Shown here one piece after another: positions 1 to 9,317 of a DNA stretch of 63,803 nt. The notes beneath the pieces are model-generated. The model ran no database searches, had not been told where the DNA came from, and saw nothing but the letters and a program-made list of their open reading frames with translations. The number at the start of each line of letters is the position of its first letter. Within the stretch, counting starts at the first letter, position 1. The stretch spans positions 1 to 63,803 of the forward strand of contig JABXIC010000077.1 in NCBI GenBank assembly GCA_013373265.1, read 5' to 3'. The stretch is from Methylocystaceae bacterium. GTDB lineage: Bacteria > Pseudomonadota > Alphaproteobacteria > Rhodospirillales > Terasakiellaceae. A program made the position numbers and the translations under genes.

Positions 1-464
1 GTGATCGTTAGTATTTTTCCATGCGATTTATGAAATGTTGCTAAAGCGTTTAAATCTATATTTCCGACACCATCACCATAGGTAAGAAAGAAGTTTTCAT
101 CATCTTGAATATAATCACGAATTCGAAAAATACGGCCACCTGTCATGGTGTTGACACCTGTCTCTGCAAGAGTCACAGTCCAATCTTCTTCATTGTGAGA
201 TGTATTATACTGTATTTCACGCGAATGATTGAGAGATAAGGTTACATCACTTGTACGCATCTGATAATTGAGGAAAAAATCTTTGATGACGTCACTTTTG
301 TATCCAAGGCATAAAACAAAGTCTTTATGATTAAAGCGCGAATAATATTTCATGATATGCCAGAGGATTGGATAGCGCCCTACAGGGATCATTGGTTTTG
401 GAATATTATCAGCAACATCTCGAATGCGAGTGCCGAACCCACCAGCAAGAATAACAGTTTTCAT
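1..464 (-). CDS. rfbF: Glucose-1-phosphate cytidylyltransferase (partial; 3' end runs off the left edge)
   Basis: Not in the ORF track; translated by hand from ATG at 464: MKTVILAGGFGTRIRDVADNIPKPMIPVGRYPILWHIMKYYS...LCLGYK...TMTGGRI...FFLTYGDGV. These are typical RfbF/DdhA motifs. Confidence 0.9.
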   Translation of the reverse strand, partial: MKTVILAGGFGTRIRDVADNIPKPMIPVGRYPILWHIMKYYSRFNHKDFVLCLGYKSDVIKDFFLNYQMRTSDVTLSLNHSREIQYNTSHNEEDWTVTLAETGVNTMTGGRIFRIRDYIQDDENFFLTYGDGVGNIDLNALATFHKSHGKILTI

Positions 465-479
465 GAATGGAACTCACGT

Positions 480-2387
480 TTATGAATAGATGCGGCTGAT
501 TTTATTTAATTTACCCAGCCTACGAACAGAAATAGTTGATTTCAGCTCATCAATCAAGCTTTCCGCATCTGGTTTTGCGAAACATTTTTGGATTTCCTTT
601 AATGAAGTTAGAGCAAGTTCCTCATTTTTTTCCATTTGATCCAGTAGATATGATAATTCAGTAACATTTTGGGCTTTGTTACACATAGACTGAGGGACTT
701 TATTAAAATCCAGTGCGGTATCACTTCCAATATAAATAGCAGGTATATAAACGGCTATAGCATCAAAAGCAGCAGCAGAACTGTTGTAAAGAATAACTTT
801 TGCGTCTTTTATCAAAACTTGTACTGATTCTTCAGAATATTCGACATGTGCTAAGGAGCAATCTAATATTTCGGCGATGTCTTTTTTTAAATTTTCTCGA
901 AAGCTCTTATCAGTTACAGGATGGAAGTTTATTATAAGTTTTTCATTGGCAATAGTGCTTGTTGCGCTAATAGCTTTACAGGCAAGCTCTAATGATTCAG
1001 CATAAGCAATACTCGTGCAGCATAAAACAAAATGTCCGTTTTTTCTCTTCTTGTGAGAAGGATCTATTTTCATTAAATGCTCATATCTTAAAGCTCCAAG
1101 ATTATAGACAGGTATTGCTCCCTTCACATTGGTTTTAAAGGTTTGTGCATCATTGGCACCAATGGTGGTTAGTATGTCTGGAAGGCGTTTCTTTTGAACA
1201 TCTAAATCACTAAAAAGAAAACTGAGGTACAAAGGAGCAAAGGGAGCATGTTGACAGCCTATAATAGAGACATCTGGTAAATACTGACGTAGCCCCCGCC
1301 TAAGATGTTTTTCCCAACCTTGGCCTTCATACAGGTGTAGGACTATGCTCGGTTTGAGATTCAAATTTTTAAATTTTCTGCCAATGGAGTTATGAATTAT
1401 ACTATGAAGAATACGGCCCTTTATGCATTCATTTATTGCTTCAAATTTTAATACATCATACATATAAACGTTAGCAATGGACGTTCGTTTAGACAAAAAA
1501 AACGGAAAAATAATTGACCCTATAAATCCTTTAAACAGGTCAGTTAAACTAACGCAATCGTTTACGAAAACAATTGCGTCCTGTGATTTATCGGCATTAT
1601 TTTGAATGTCAGTTTGTGAGAAAATCCAATTCATTGGACTTGCAATATAACCAACCTTTAAGCCATTCTCCTGTAAAAGTTTTGGGAGTTGCCCCCAATA
1701 TACGTCACTTCGTTTTTTTTCGTGTTCTGGAAAAGAATCAGGGCGCGCCCAAATCATTAAGAAAACATCTACATTTTGTAATGCATTTATCTTTAAGGGG
1801 TGTTTTTTTCTATATTTATGATGTTCATGAAGATCGCGATAAGCTGAACGAAAATAAGATAGTTGCTGACGTAATATCTTCAGCCATAACGGTTTTCTGT
1901 TTTTCTTTTTTAGGAATAACAAAGGGTGGTGGCCGTGTTTTTTTGCAACTTTGGACAAAGCAAGGCCAAAGTCAGTGTGTTCGACGATTACGACAAAATT
2001 ATAATCTTGTTCAAGCTCTTCCATAAAAAGTTTACATCTGCAGATATTGGCAAACAAATTACTTAAATTTGGATTGTGTTCACCAAAAGTACTTGCTTCA
2101 TAAAGGGCATGGCCAAATTTTTCAGAGCCAAAAAAAACATCTAAATTTAAAACATCATTAGATATTTCTTTAGCAATTTTATTTAATTTTGGGCTGACAT
2201 TAACAAAATCTAACTGGTCTTTATATTTTGTTTTAAGTTTCGCATAAGTCTCGTATGTCTCACCGAAGTAGTAACATTTGATCGGTTGTGAAATAGAGAG
2301 TTGTTCCGGTAATTCTTTTAATAGGTCATTCGCCTCTAAAATCCCTGAATGAAATAAAGGGGTGCATTTCTTTGAATGATCGGACAC
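480..2387 (-). CDS. Surface-carbohydrate biosynthesis protein, putative transferase (resembles LIC13510/TIGR04326-type proteins)
   Basis: 635-aa ORF with GTG start. Motifs D-x-YWG, YEGQGWEK, GCQH, GALRYEHL and NFHP suggest a GT-B-like C-terminal half. Family assignment is from memory. Confidence 0.5.
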   Translation of the reverse strand: MSDHSKKCTPLFHSGILEANDLLKELPEQLSISQPIKCYYFGETYETYAKLKTKYKDQLDFVNVSPKLNKIAKEISNDVLNLDVFFGSEKFGHALYEASTFGEHNPNLSNLFANICRCKLFMEELEQDYNFVVIVEHTDFGLALSKVAKKHGHHPLLFLKKKNRKPLWLKILRQQLSYFRSAYRDLHEHHKYRKKHPLKINALQNVDVFLMIWARPDSFPEHEKKRSDVYWGQLPKLLQENGLKVGYIASPMNWIFSQTDIQNNADKSQDAIVFVNDCVSLTDLFKGFIGSIIFPFFLSKRTSIANVYMYDVLKFEAINECIKGRILHSIIHNSIGRKFKNLNLKPSIVLHLYEGQGWEKHLRRGLRQYLPDVSIIGCQHAPFAPLYLSFLFSDLDVQKKRLPDILTTIGANDAQTFKTNVKGAIPVYNLGALRYEHLMKIDPSHKKRKNGHFVLCCTSIAYAESLELACKAISATSTIANEKLIINFHPVTDKSFRENLKKDIAEILDCSLAHVEYSEESVQVLIKDAKVILYNSSAAAFDAIAVYIPAIYIGSDTALDFNKVPQSMCNKAQNVTELSYLLDQMEKNEELALTSLKEIQKCFAKPDAESLIDELKSTISVRRLGKLNKISRIYS

Positions 2388-2423
2388 AATTTTGTTCTCA
2401 AGTAATGATATGAAGTGTGACTT

Positions 2424-3569
2424 TTACACCAATGAACAATTTTTACAAGGCATCAACTGGTTACGATTCTTGTTAAGGTGTTGTTGTCGTAGGATGTTGT
2501 ATTGGTCAGAGTTCCATAATTCTGACAAGGACATGTCTTTCACATTTCCAACGGCGAGTGCGGATAAATAGTCTACATCACACGGATTTACACGGCCATC
2601 CCACCAAACAAAAAGACGTCGCCATAAATCAGAACAAGCTGTTTCAACGTTTGTTGGATCAGCATCATAAACACTTTCCCAAGGATTATAATCGACAAAA
2701 GCGACTTGATTGACATAGTCCTTCCAAAACCCTTCTATTTTATCAAAGTCCTGTTGTTCAGTGAATTTAACACCGGACACGCGTGTAATGGTTCTTGAAT
2801 TTGAATAATGCTTTGCTTTGATATCTGCAAATAATTGAACATTTTCAAGTACTTTATCGAGTCGCCCATTAACACGGAGTTTTGCATAAAGTTCGTCGTC
2901 TGCTGCATCTGCTGAAAAAACAATAGTATTCGGTTCCGCTGATAGCAAAGCATGTATTTTCTTCTCATCCAAATACCAAGCATTGGTATTAACCTTAAGT
3001 CCTAGAAACTTGCCGGCAACATATTCCAGCATATCTTCAATGCCTTTGCACAATAACGGTTCACCCCTAGAGGCCAATGTGACCGCTTCAACTTCACCTT
3101 CGATCTGATCAACAATTTGTTTGAAAAGGTTTACCTCCATGCGCCCTTTGTGCCCTCCTTTCCGGTCTGTCAGTTTGTGGTCTGTCTGGTAACAAAAGAC
3201 ACAACGGTAATTACAGACGGATGTTGGCTCGATCTGAACACAGGGTGGAAACGCATCTAGTTCTTTTTGCGCAGGATAGACATCATAGCGGAAACGGTAG
3301 AACAAATAGCGCGGTAATTCTTCATCACGAAGACGGTTAATCTCTTCAATAATATGCGGGCGCAACCAAAAACCATCTTTGCTTTTGTCTTTTTGCGTTA
3401 ACAAATTATCACAAGCCCGTTGCAAAATTAAACGACGTTCTTGAGAGAGATTCATCTCATCCAACTGAGTTGATAAATTATGGATACGCTTAATGATAAT
3501 CGATTGATCCGTATTGAGACCAGACAAACCAATAAAGCTATTGTCTTTGGTATAGGTTTTATTTTCCAT
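2424..3569 (-). CDS. Radical SAM protein with C-terminal SPASM/twitch domain
   Basis: CNYRCVFC motif, LASRGEPLL, and C-terminal CSDLW...DGRVNPC...CKNC. Start moved to ATG 3569 (MENKTY), which follows a GAGGA RBS overlapping the upstream stop. Confidence 0.88.
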   Translation of the reverse strand: MENKTYTKDNSFIGLSGLNTDQSIIIKRIHNLSTQLDEMNLSQERRLILQRACDNLLTQKDKSKDGFWLRPHIIEEINRLRDEELPRYLFYRFRYDVYPAQKELDAFPPCVQIEPTSVCNYRCVFCYQTDHKLTDRKGGHKGRMEVNLFKQIVDQIEGEVEAVTLASRGEPLLCKGIEDMLEYVAGKFLGLKVNTNAWYLDEKKIHALLSAEPNTIVFSADAADDELYAKLRVNGRLDKVLENVQLFADIKAKHYSNSRTITRVSGVKFTEQQDFDKIEGFWKDYVNQVAFVDYNPWESVYDADPTNVETACSDLWRRLFVWWDGRVNPCDVDYLSALAVGNVKDMSLSELWNSDQYNILRQQHLNKNRNQLMPCKNCSLV

Positions 3570-3576
3570 GTAATCC

Positions 3577-5154
3577 TCAGCTGCTCTGTTGTACGCCATA
3601 CTCAAGATCGGCAACTTGAGCGATCTCAGCATTTGGATTATCAGATGGAGCCTGGAAATAATTTTCCATATATTCTTGCTTCAATTCTTCAAAAATCCGA
3701 TTGCCTTCAGGCGTATCAGCTTCTGCGCGTTTAATGTCGTTCCAACGACTTTTTGGTAAATTAACATACAGAACAAAACATTTTCGCAAACCCATAATTT
3801 CATGGACTGGATATTGTGGCATTTCGAAAACAGGTTTATCGGTCAAACATTTTGTAATCGTTTCATGCTTAATTAAACCTAAATCTTCACACACTTTGCG
3901 AAGGGGTGTTCCGTGGAAAGGAACGAACGTATAGAGGTTAGCATTATCGGCTTTTATTTCTCGGTTAATTTCTATCGTATCCATAGCAATTTCACGCGTT
4001 TCTTTAGGAAAGCCAGTAATATTGTTAACCGAGAACTGAACGCCATATTGATGCGGAATTTTTAAAGCCTTAATAATATCGGCATTTTTCCATTGGCGAT
4101 CCAACATCTCTGATCGGAACTTCTCATTTCCATGCTCAAGACCAAATGAGATACGGTGTAAACCCACATCACTTAATTGTTTAATGTTCGCATGGGTAAT
4201 TGTTTCAGGGCGGGTCTGCATCCAAAATGGAAGTTTAATTTCCGAATACATTTCACAAAATTCATCCAGCTCACGCTGGTTCACTGCTAAGAATGTATCT
4301 GCCCAAAAATAGGCATACTCCAGATTTAATTCATCTTTAAAATAACGTAATTCTTTATAAACAAGGTCCATTTTCTTCTTACGTAAGAACTTGGAATCAG
4401 TTTCTTCTTTGTAAAAAGACATTTGCTGCGGTGAATTACAGAAACGACATTTATATGGACAGCCGCGAATGGTTTCAATCGGCAACATCCGATATATACG
4501 CCCTGACATGGGCCGATACAAGCGTGCATCTTCAAACAGTTCAACATCAATCATCGGCAGTTCATTGATATCAACCGGCTTGGTAACAGTATTTTTCTTC
4601 GTCAATCCACTTGGTTGTTTAATCCACAGGTTCGTTACATCATCATAATTCCCGCCAGCTTGAAGCTTTGCGCAAAGATCAATTAATGTATTTTCACCTT
4701 CACCGACACAGACCATATCAACTAAGGGCGCACTTAAACATATATCAGGAGCAAAAGTTGGGAAAACACCACCAGCAATAACTGGAACGGCATTTTTAAT
4801 CTTATATTCCTTGATCTCATCAAGGATATGCATGCCAAGTTCCCACATATCTTCTGTAGAGGAAATCGCAATAAGATCAGGCTGGAAACGATCAACTTGT
4901 TCGACTAAGTCAGTGCGCCAATTTGTTGTACGCAAATTGATGCCACGTCCATCCATATTATAAGGGACAACGTTTAGCATCTCCATCTTTGTGCCGTCAG
5001 AATCAATGCCATAATCAGTTTGATAATATGTTGCATCAAATACTTCGACGTTATGCCCCTGTTCTTTAAGCAGTGATGAAAACAAAGCAATGGCAGGAGG
5101 TAGCATATTCATCCCAAAAGTATTTGGATAAACAAATAATATATTGATTCCCAT
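3577..5154 (-). CDS. Cobalamin-dependent (B12-binding) radical SAM protein
   Basis: N-terminal B12-binding domain (ILFVYPN...PPAIALFSSLLKEQGH...IAGGVFPTF...VGEGE), RGCPYKCRFC, FWADTF, FGLEHG, TFVPFHGTPL; AAGGAG RBS. Confidence 0.9.
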   Translation of the reverse strand: MGINILFVYPNTFGMNMLPPAIALFSSLLKEQGHNVEVFDATYYQTDYGIDSDGTKMEMLNVVPYNMDGRGINLRTTNWRTDLVEQVDRFQPDLIAISSTEDMWELGMHILDEIKEYKIKNAVPVIAGGVFPTFAPDICLSAPLVDMVCVGEGENTLIDLCAKLQAGGNYDDVTNLWIKQPSGLTKKNTVTKPVDINELPMIDVELFEDARLYRPMSGRIYRMLPIETIRGCPYKCRFCNSPQQMSFYKEETDSKFLRKKKMDLVYKELRYFKDELNLEYAYFWADTFLAVNQRELDEFCEMYSEIKLPFWMQTRPETITHANIKQLSDVGLHRISFGLEHGNEKFRSEMLDRQWKNADIIKALKIPHQYGVQFSVNNITGFPKETREIAMDTIEINREIKADNANLYTFVPFHGTPLRKVCEDLGLIKHETITKCLTDKPVFEMPQYPVHEIMGLRKCFVLYVNLPKSRWNDIKRAEADTPEGNRIFEELKQEYMENYFQAPSDNPNAEIAQVADLEYGVQQSS

Positions 5155-5278
5155 TTAGACCATTCTCCTTGTCGTGCACTTATATAAAAAAGAGCCATAT
5201 TTTAAAGGTTAAGTAAATATAGTATTTACTGGAAGATTAATATAGCTCTGACTACTTTTTATAATCTGGCGTCGTGCT

Positions 5279-5986
5279 TTATTCGCCACCTGCGACCGAG
5301 ATAACTTCATTTGAAATATAACTGTTATCTTCAGATGCGAACCAAATAATAGATTTAGCCATTTCTTGGACAGAAGCCGCTCGTCCTGCAGGGATTAATT
5401 CACAGCGTTGATTTAGCTTGTCATCAAGATGTATACGCGTATCAGTCACTCCAATTCGGACTATATTTGTAAATACATTATGCTTTGCCCAAGAGCGACA
5501 AATTGAGGGTATAAATTCAAGAGCGTGCTTGGATAAAGAATAAGTATAACTCTTTTCACCACCACCAAATTTTACACCAATACTAGACGCATGCACAATC
5601 CGACCATAGCCTCGTTCAACCATCTTTGGCCCGACTATTTGCATAATCATGATACCAGGTAATAAGTTTGATTGCAGCGCGTTTAATACATCATGTGCAG
5701 TCACATCATCGAATGAGACTGTTGGATAATTTGCCGCTAAATTAATAAAAACATCAGAAGATGCAATTTTATCACTGTAGATGTTTAAGCCTTTTTCTAG
5801 CGCCGAGATTGATGAGAAGTCTATTTGAATTGGGTATACAGCACTGTTTTTACATATTTTTTCAAATTCTGGACGCATCGTTCTATAATGGGCTAAAATG
5901 AAATAGTCCCTAGGATTATCTAGATATTGTTGGCATACAGCTAAACCAATATCTGAGCTGGCACCGCTAATAAGAACTGTTTTCAT
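5279..5986 (-). CDS. SDR family oxidoreductase
   Basis: Rossmann-like VLISGASSDIG, catalytic YSLSK (YxxxK), C-terminal ISNEVISVAGG. Confidence 0.85.
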   Translation of the reverse strand: MKTVLISGASSDIGLAVCQQYLDNPRDYFILAHYRTMRPEFEKICKNSAVYPIQIDFSSISALEKGLNIYSDKIASSDVFINLAANYPTVSFDDVTAHDVLNALQSNLLPGIMIMQIVGPKMVERGYGRIVHASSIGVKFGGGEKSYTYSLSKHALEFIPSICRSWAKHNVFTNIVRIGVTDTRIHLDDKLNQRCELIPAGRAASVQEMAKSIIWFASEDNSYISNEVISVAGGE

Positions 5987-6006
5987 TGAACAACTATACC
6001 ATTTTT

Positions 6007-6750
6007 TTATGCTGGTTTGATACCGTTCTTTTTAAGCCAAAATTCAGCTTGTGGTATTTGGTAGTCATAATCCACATCAAGACCGCCTTCATTGTGAATA
6101 GGCCAAATATTTTGACCCATCCATTTTTGCGGGAGTAACCCTTCTTCCATATTGTCAAGATTTTGTGGTCGAATAATTGAAACACCCATATCCGCAAACA
6201 ACACGTCGCCTTGACTATCGCGGTCGCAATTTAAAGTTTTAGGATCTCCAAAGGCTTCAAATGGGACAAAGGGCTGAAGGTGACCTGCGTCATCGACCTT
6301 ACGTGCACGTAAGGGGCTCCACATATTATAACAACTGACAGTTACGGTACTGTCTGTTTCGGGCTGTTCGCGTAATACCTTGATACCTTCTTCAAGCTGT
6401 GCCACGGAGATGGTTGGAGCGTTGGCCATTAAGAGAACAAGAAGTTCAAGTTCTTCACCATTGGCCTCGCATTCTTCTTTAATAATATTATAGGCATGAA
6501 CGTAAGCATCTTCACCTAAGGCCACTTTGTCTGCAAGGTAAGCAGGACGATCAATGATCACAGCATTAAATTCTTTAGCGATATCTTTGATACCCTGACT
6601 ATCGGTAGAAACATAAATTCGATCAATAGAAGGGGCAGCTTGGGCGGCTAATAAAGGATAAGCAACCAAAGGGCGACCTAGAACAGGATAGAGATTCTTA
6701 CCTGGGAAACCTGTTGAGCCTTCTCGGCCAATTAAAATTGCAACAATCAT
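6007..6750 (-). CDS. Acylneuraminate/CMP-ulosonate cytidylyltransferase family protein
   Basis: GREGSTGFPGKN, VSTDS, DRPAYLAD and DVDYDYQ motifs of the NeuA/KdsB (CTP_transf_3) family. Confidence 0.85.
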   Translation of the reverse strand: MIVAILIGREGSTGFPGKNLYPVLGRPLVAYPLLAAQAAPSIDRIYVSTDSQGIKDIAKEFNAVIIDRPAYLADKVALGEDAYVHAYNIIKEECEANGEELELLVLLMANAPTISVAQLEEGIKVLREQPETDSTVTVSCYNMWSPLRARKVDDAGHLQPFVPFEAFGDPKTLNCDRDSQGDVLFADMGVSIIRPQNLDNMEEGLLPQKWMGQNIWPIHNEGGLDVDYDYQIPQAEFWLKKNGIKPA

Positions 6751-6775
6751 TTTAAATGATACTCTTTCAAATCAA

Positions 6776-7378
6776 TTAAGCGATGGAATTATTTCTTTCT
6801 GAAATCGTTGTAATTACTCGAGCAGGAACACCTGTTGCGATTGAGCCTGAGGGAATATTTTTTGTGATGACTGAACCAGCTCCAATAACAACATTGTCAC
6901 CTATTATACATCCGGAAGTTATCACCACATTTGCCCCAATCCAAACGTCTTCTCCGATTATTATTGGAGTACCTATGTGGCCTTGTTTTCTAATTAAAAT
7001 CTCAGGGGATTTATCAAATCTATGATTAGATGCTCTGATAACTACATTTGGACCGATTAAACAATTATCACCGATTGAAATCTCACTCTGGTTTGCATCA
7101 AGAAATACACGATTGTTAATACTTACATTATCACCGATCTTCAAAGTGCCATGTAAAGATTCAATTTGACATCCTATCCCTAAATTTACTCGGTTACCTA
7201 TTGATATATTAGACCAACCGTTAACGTTAACAAACTGTTCAATGTTCATTCCTAAGCAGGGGCAACCTGAATATTTGCGAAACAAACGTAACCGAGCTTT
7301 ATAGCCTAATGCCCCAGGCATTATGGATGTAAAAAATATACCCCATTTTTCTGCTTCAATTTTTATTTGAGAAAACAT
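6776..7378 (-). CDS. Hexapeptide-repeat (left-handed beta-helix) acyltransferase
   Basis: Repeated [LIV]G-x-N hexapeptides, IGEDVWIGANVVI, GVPARVI. Confidence 0.88.
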   Translation of the reverse strand: MFSQIKIEAEKWGIFFTSIMPGALGYKARLRLFRKYSGCPCLGMNIEQFVNVNGWSNISIGNRVNLGIGCQIESLHGTLKIGDNVSINNRVFLDANQSEISIGDNCLIGPNVVIRASNHRFDKSPEILIRKQGHIGTPIIIGEDVWIGANVVITSGCIIGDNVVIGAGSVITKNIPSGSIATGVPARVITTISERNNSIA

Positions 7379-7393
7379 TGATGACTTCCTAAA

Positions 7394-8272
7394 TTAATGT
7401 CCTTCGCGGGTTTTGCTATCAATTGATTGCATGCAATCTAATAATCCCAAACCTAAATCGATATATGTATGTTGGACTAATTTTTTGCCTAATTTTGGCG
7501 TGTAACTATAGGGGGTTTGCATGTAATGGCCGATCCTAGATCCCTTACTCGTGTCGATTTCAATTCCGCCACCTAACATTTCAGAGATCATTTCCATCAT
7601 TTCACTTGTTTTGATTCGTTCACGACCCATTAAATGAATATGCTCATTTTTATATTCTGGTTGCAAAATTTCTACAGATGCTTCCGCAGCATCTGTAACA
7701 TGAATATATTCTCTGACTTCGTCTCCGGTGCCACTATACTCAATCTTTTTCTCTCTTAAGGCCTGTGCGATCATTCTAAAAATTGCGTTATGTTCATCAG
7801 CACGCGGGCCGTATAAGGAACCAAAACGCAATACCGTAAACGGCAAATTAAAACGTTGCAGATAATCATGTACTAGATGTTCGCCGGCTTGTTTTGAGGT
7901 GCGATAAAAAGACCCCTGAGTGCTATATACATAAATGGAACTGGCGAAAACGAAGCGTTTAATTTTGTTTTCTCGTGCTGCTTCTAAAGCATTCAATGTG
8001 CCAATAATGTTTACCTCTACCGTTGCACGGGGGCTGTTAATGGCATCATCAATGTCTGCGACGGCAGCAAGGTGGTATATGACATCACACCCTTTTACGG
8101 CAGCATTGACATGTTCAACATTTTTAATATCACCAATAACCATCGTTTGATCGTCACGCAGATATTTAGAAGGTATTAAGTCAAAAATACTTACTTCGTG
8201 ACCTGCATTGGATAGACTATCGGCAATATGACTTCCTAAAAAACCAGAACCACCAGTAACAAGAATTTTCAT
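7394..8272 (-). CDS. NAD-dependent epimerase/dehydratase (extended SDR)
   Basis: TGGSGFLG, YHLAA, YRTSK, LRFGSLYGP, REYIHVTD. Confidence 0.9.
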   Translation of the reverse strand: MKILVTGGSGFLGSHIADSLSNAGHEVSIFDLIPSKYLRDDQTMVIGDIKNVEHVNAAVKGCDVIYHLAAVADIDDAINSPRATVEVNIIGTLNALEAARENKIKRFVFASSIYVYSTQGSFYRTSKQAGEHLVHDYLQRFNLPFTVLRFGSLYGPRADEHNAIFRMIAQALREKKIEYSGTGDEVREYIHVTDAAEASVEILQPEYKNEHIHLMGRERIKTSEMMEMISEMLGGGIEIDTSKGSRIGHYMQTPYSYTPKLGKKLVQHTYIDLGLGLLDCMQSIDSKTREGH

Positions 8273-8303
8273 TATATTTTTCCCGACTTAAGCAAAGATG
8301 ATT

Positions 8304-9311
8304 TTACGTAAGTGCCATTTGTGCTGCTAATTCATATTCACTTTCAGGAACCGGATTCATAAAATCTTCCCCTTTCATAAAGCGAATTGCTTCTTCAGTA
8401 GCTTCAATTTCCATACGTGCTCGGCAATCTTTAGTCATTGATCCCATATGGCACGTTAAGATTATATTGTCTAATTCAAGAAGTTCACCGTTATACGGCT
8501 CTTCTTCAAACACATCAACCGCTGCCATTCTGATTTCATTATTTTTTAAAGCTTCAGCAAGGGCTTTTTCATTCACAATACTACCCCTTGCAGTATTAAC
8601 TAGAGCAGATGAAGGTTTCATCATATTTAATTCATCAGCACCTATTAAGTCTCGAGTGGTGGCTGTTAAGGGAATGTGTAATGAGATAACGTCTGACTCT
8701 TTATAAATTGTATCTTTACCAACCCATTCTATATTGTCATAAGTGAATTGATCCGACTTATCAATTATATCATTAGCAAGAATTTTAACATCGGGGAAAC
8801 CTCGACATAAATGATTAGTAAGTAACGCGCCAATCCTGCCCATCCCAATTATACCAATAGTAGATTTTGCAATTCGCGAGCCATGATAGCGGTGCCAAAT
8901 CCCATTACGCATTTTTTGATTTGCCGATGATATATTACGCAAGGCATCAAGTATTAAGCCAAGGCTCAGTTCAGCGACAGCAGTGGAAGGTCCATCAGGT
9001 GTATATGAGACGGTAATTCCACGCTTCTTAGCTTCGATTAAATCAACACTATCTAAACCAATTCCAACACGACAAATGGCTTTCAAATTAGGACAGGCAT
9101 CCATAACTTCAGCAGTTATCGGTTCAGTGCCAGCGATAACAATTGAATGATCTGAAATGATATCCGCGACCTCATTTGGCTTTAACTTTCTATTCAAAGG
9201 ATTGATTGAATATTTTATTGATTCTTGTTCCAATAATTGTGTAGGTGTTTTATCCGTATCAGAAAATGGAACAGTTGTTACAATAATTTTTTTGGGCTTT
9301 GTGTTTAGCAC
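8304..9311 (-). CDS. D-isomer-specific 2-hydroxyacid dehydrogenase (phosphoglycerate dehydrogenase-like, no ACT domain)
   Basis: RVGIGLDSVD, AVAE, GIIGMGRIG, LHIPLT, NTARG, DVFEEEP, TCHMGS. Confidence 0.88.
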   Translation of the reverse strand: MLNTKPKKIIVTTVPFSDTDKTPTQLLEQESIKYSINPLNRKLKPNEVADIISDHSIVIAGTEPITAEVMDACPNLKAICRVGIGLDSVDLIEAKKRGITVSYTPDGPSTAVAELSLGLILDALRNISSANQKMRNGIWHRYHGSRIAKSTIGIIGMGRIGALLTNHLCRGFPDVKILANDIIDKSDQFTYDNIEWVGKDTIYKESDVISLHIPLTATTRDLIGADELNMMKPSSALVNTARGSIVNEKALAEALKNNEIRMAAVDVFEEEPYNGELLELDNIILTCHMGSMTKDCRARMEIEATEEAIRFMKGEDFMNPVPESEYELAAQMALT

Positions 9312-9317
9312 GGCTCT

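Noticed and set aside
5155-5163. ATG-GTC-TAA mini-ORF immediately before the B12 radical SAM start (minus strand)
   Set aside because: The AAGGAG RBS is only 1 nt from this ATG but suitably spaced for the real start at 5154; probably chance.
5155-5278. Possible cobalamin riboswitch upstream of a B12-dependent gene (also considered for 53703-53810)
   Set aside because: Both gaps are short and AT-rich, and I saw no conserved cobalamin-riboswitch core or B12-box.
8304-9311. Housekeeping serA
   Set aside because: No ACT/regulatory domain and embedded in the glycan operon; called only at family level.
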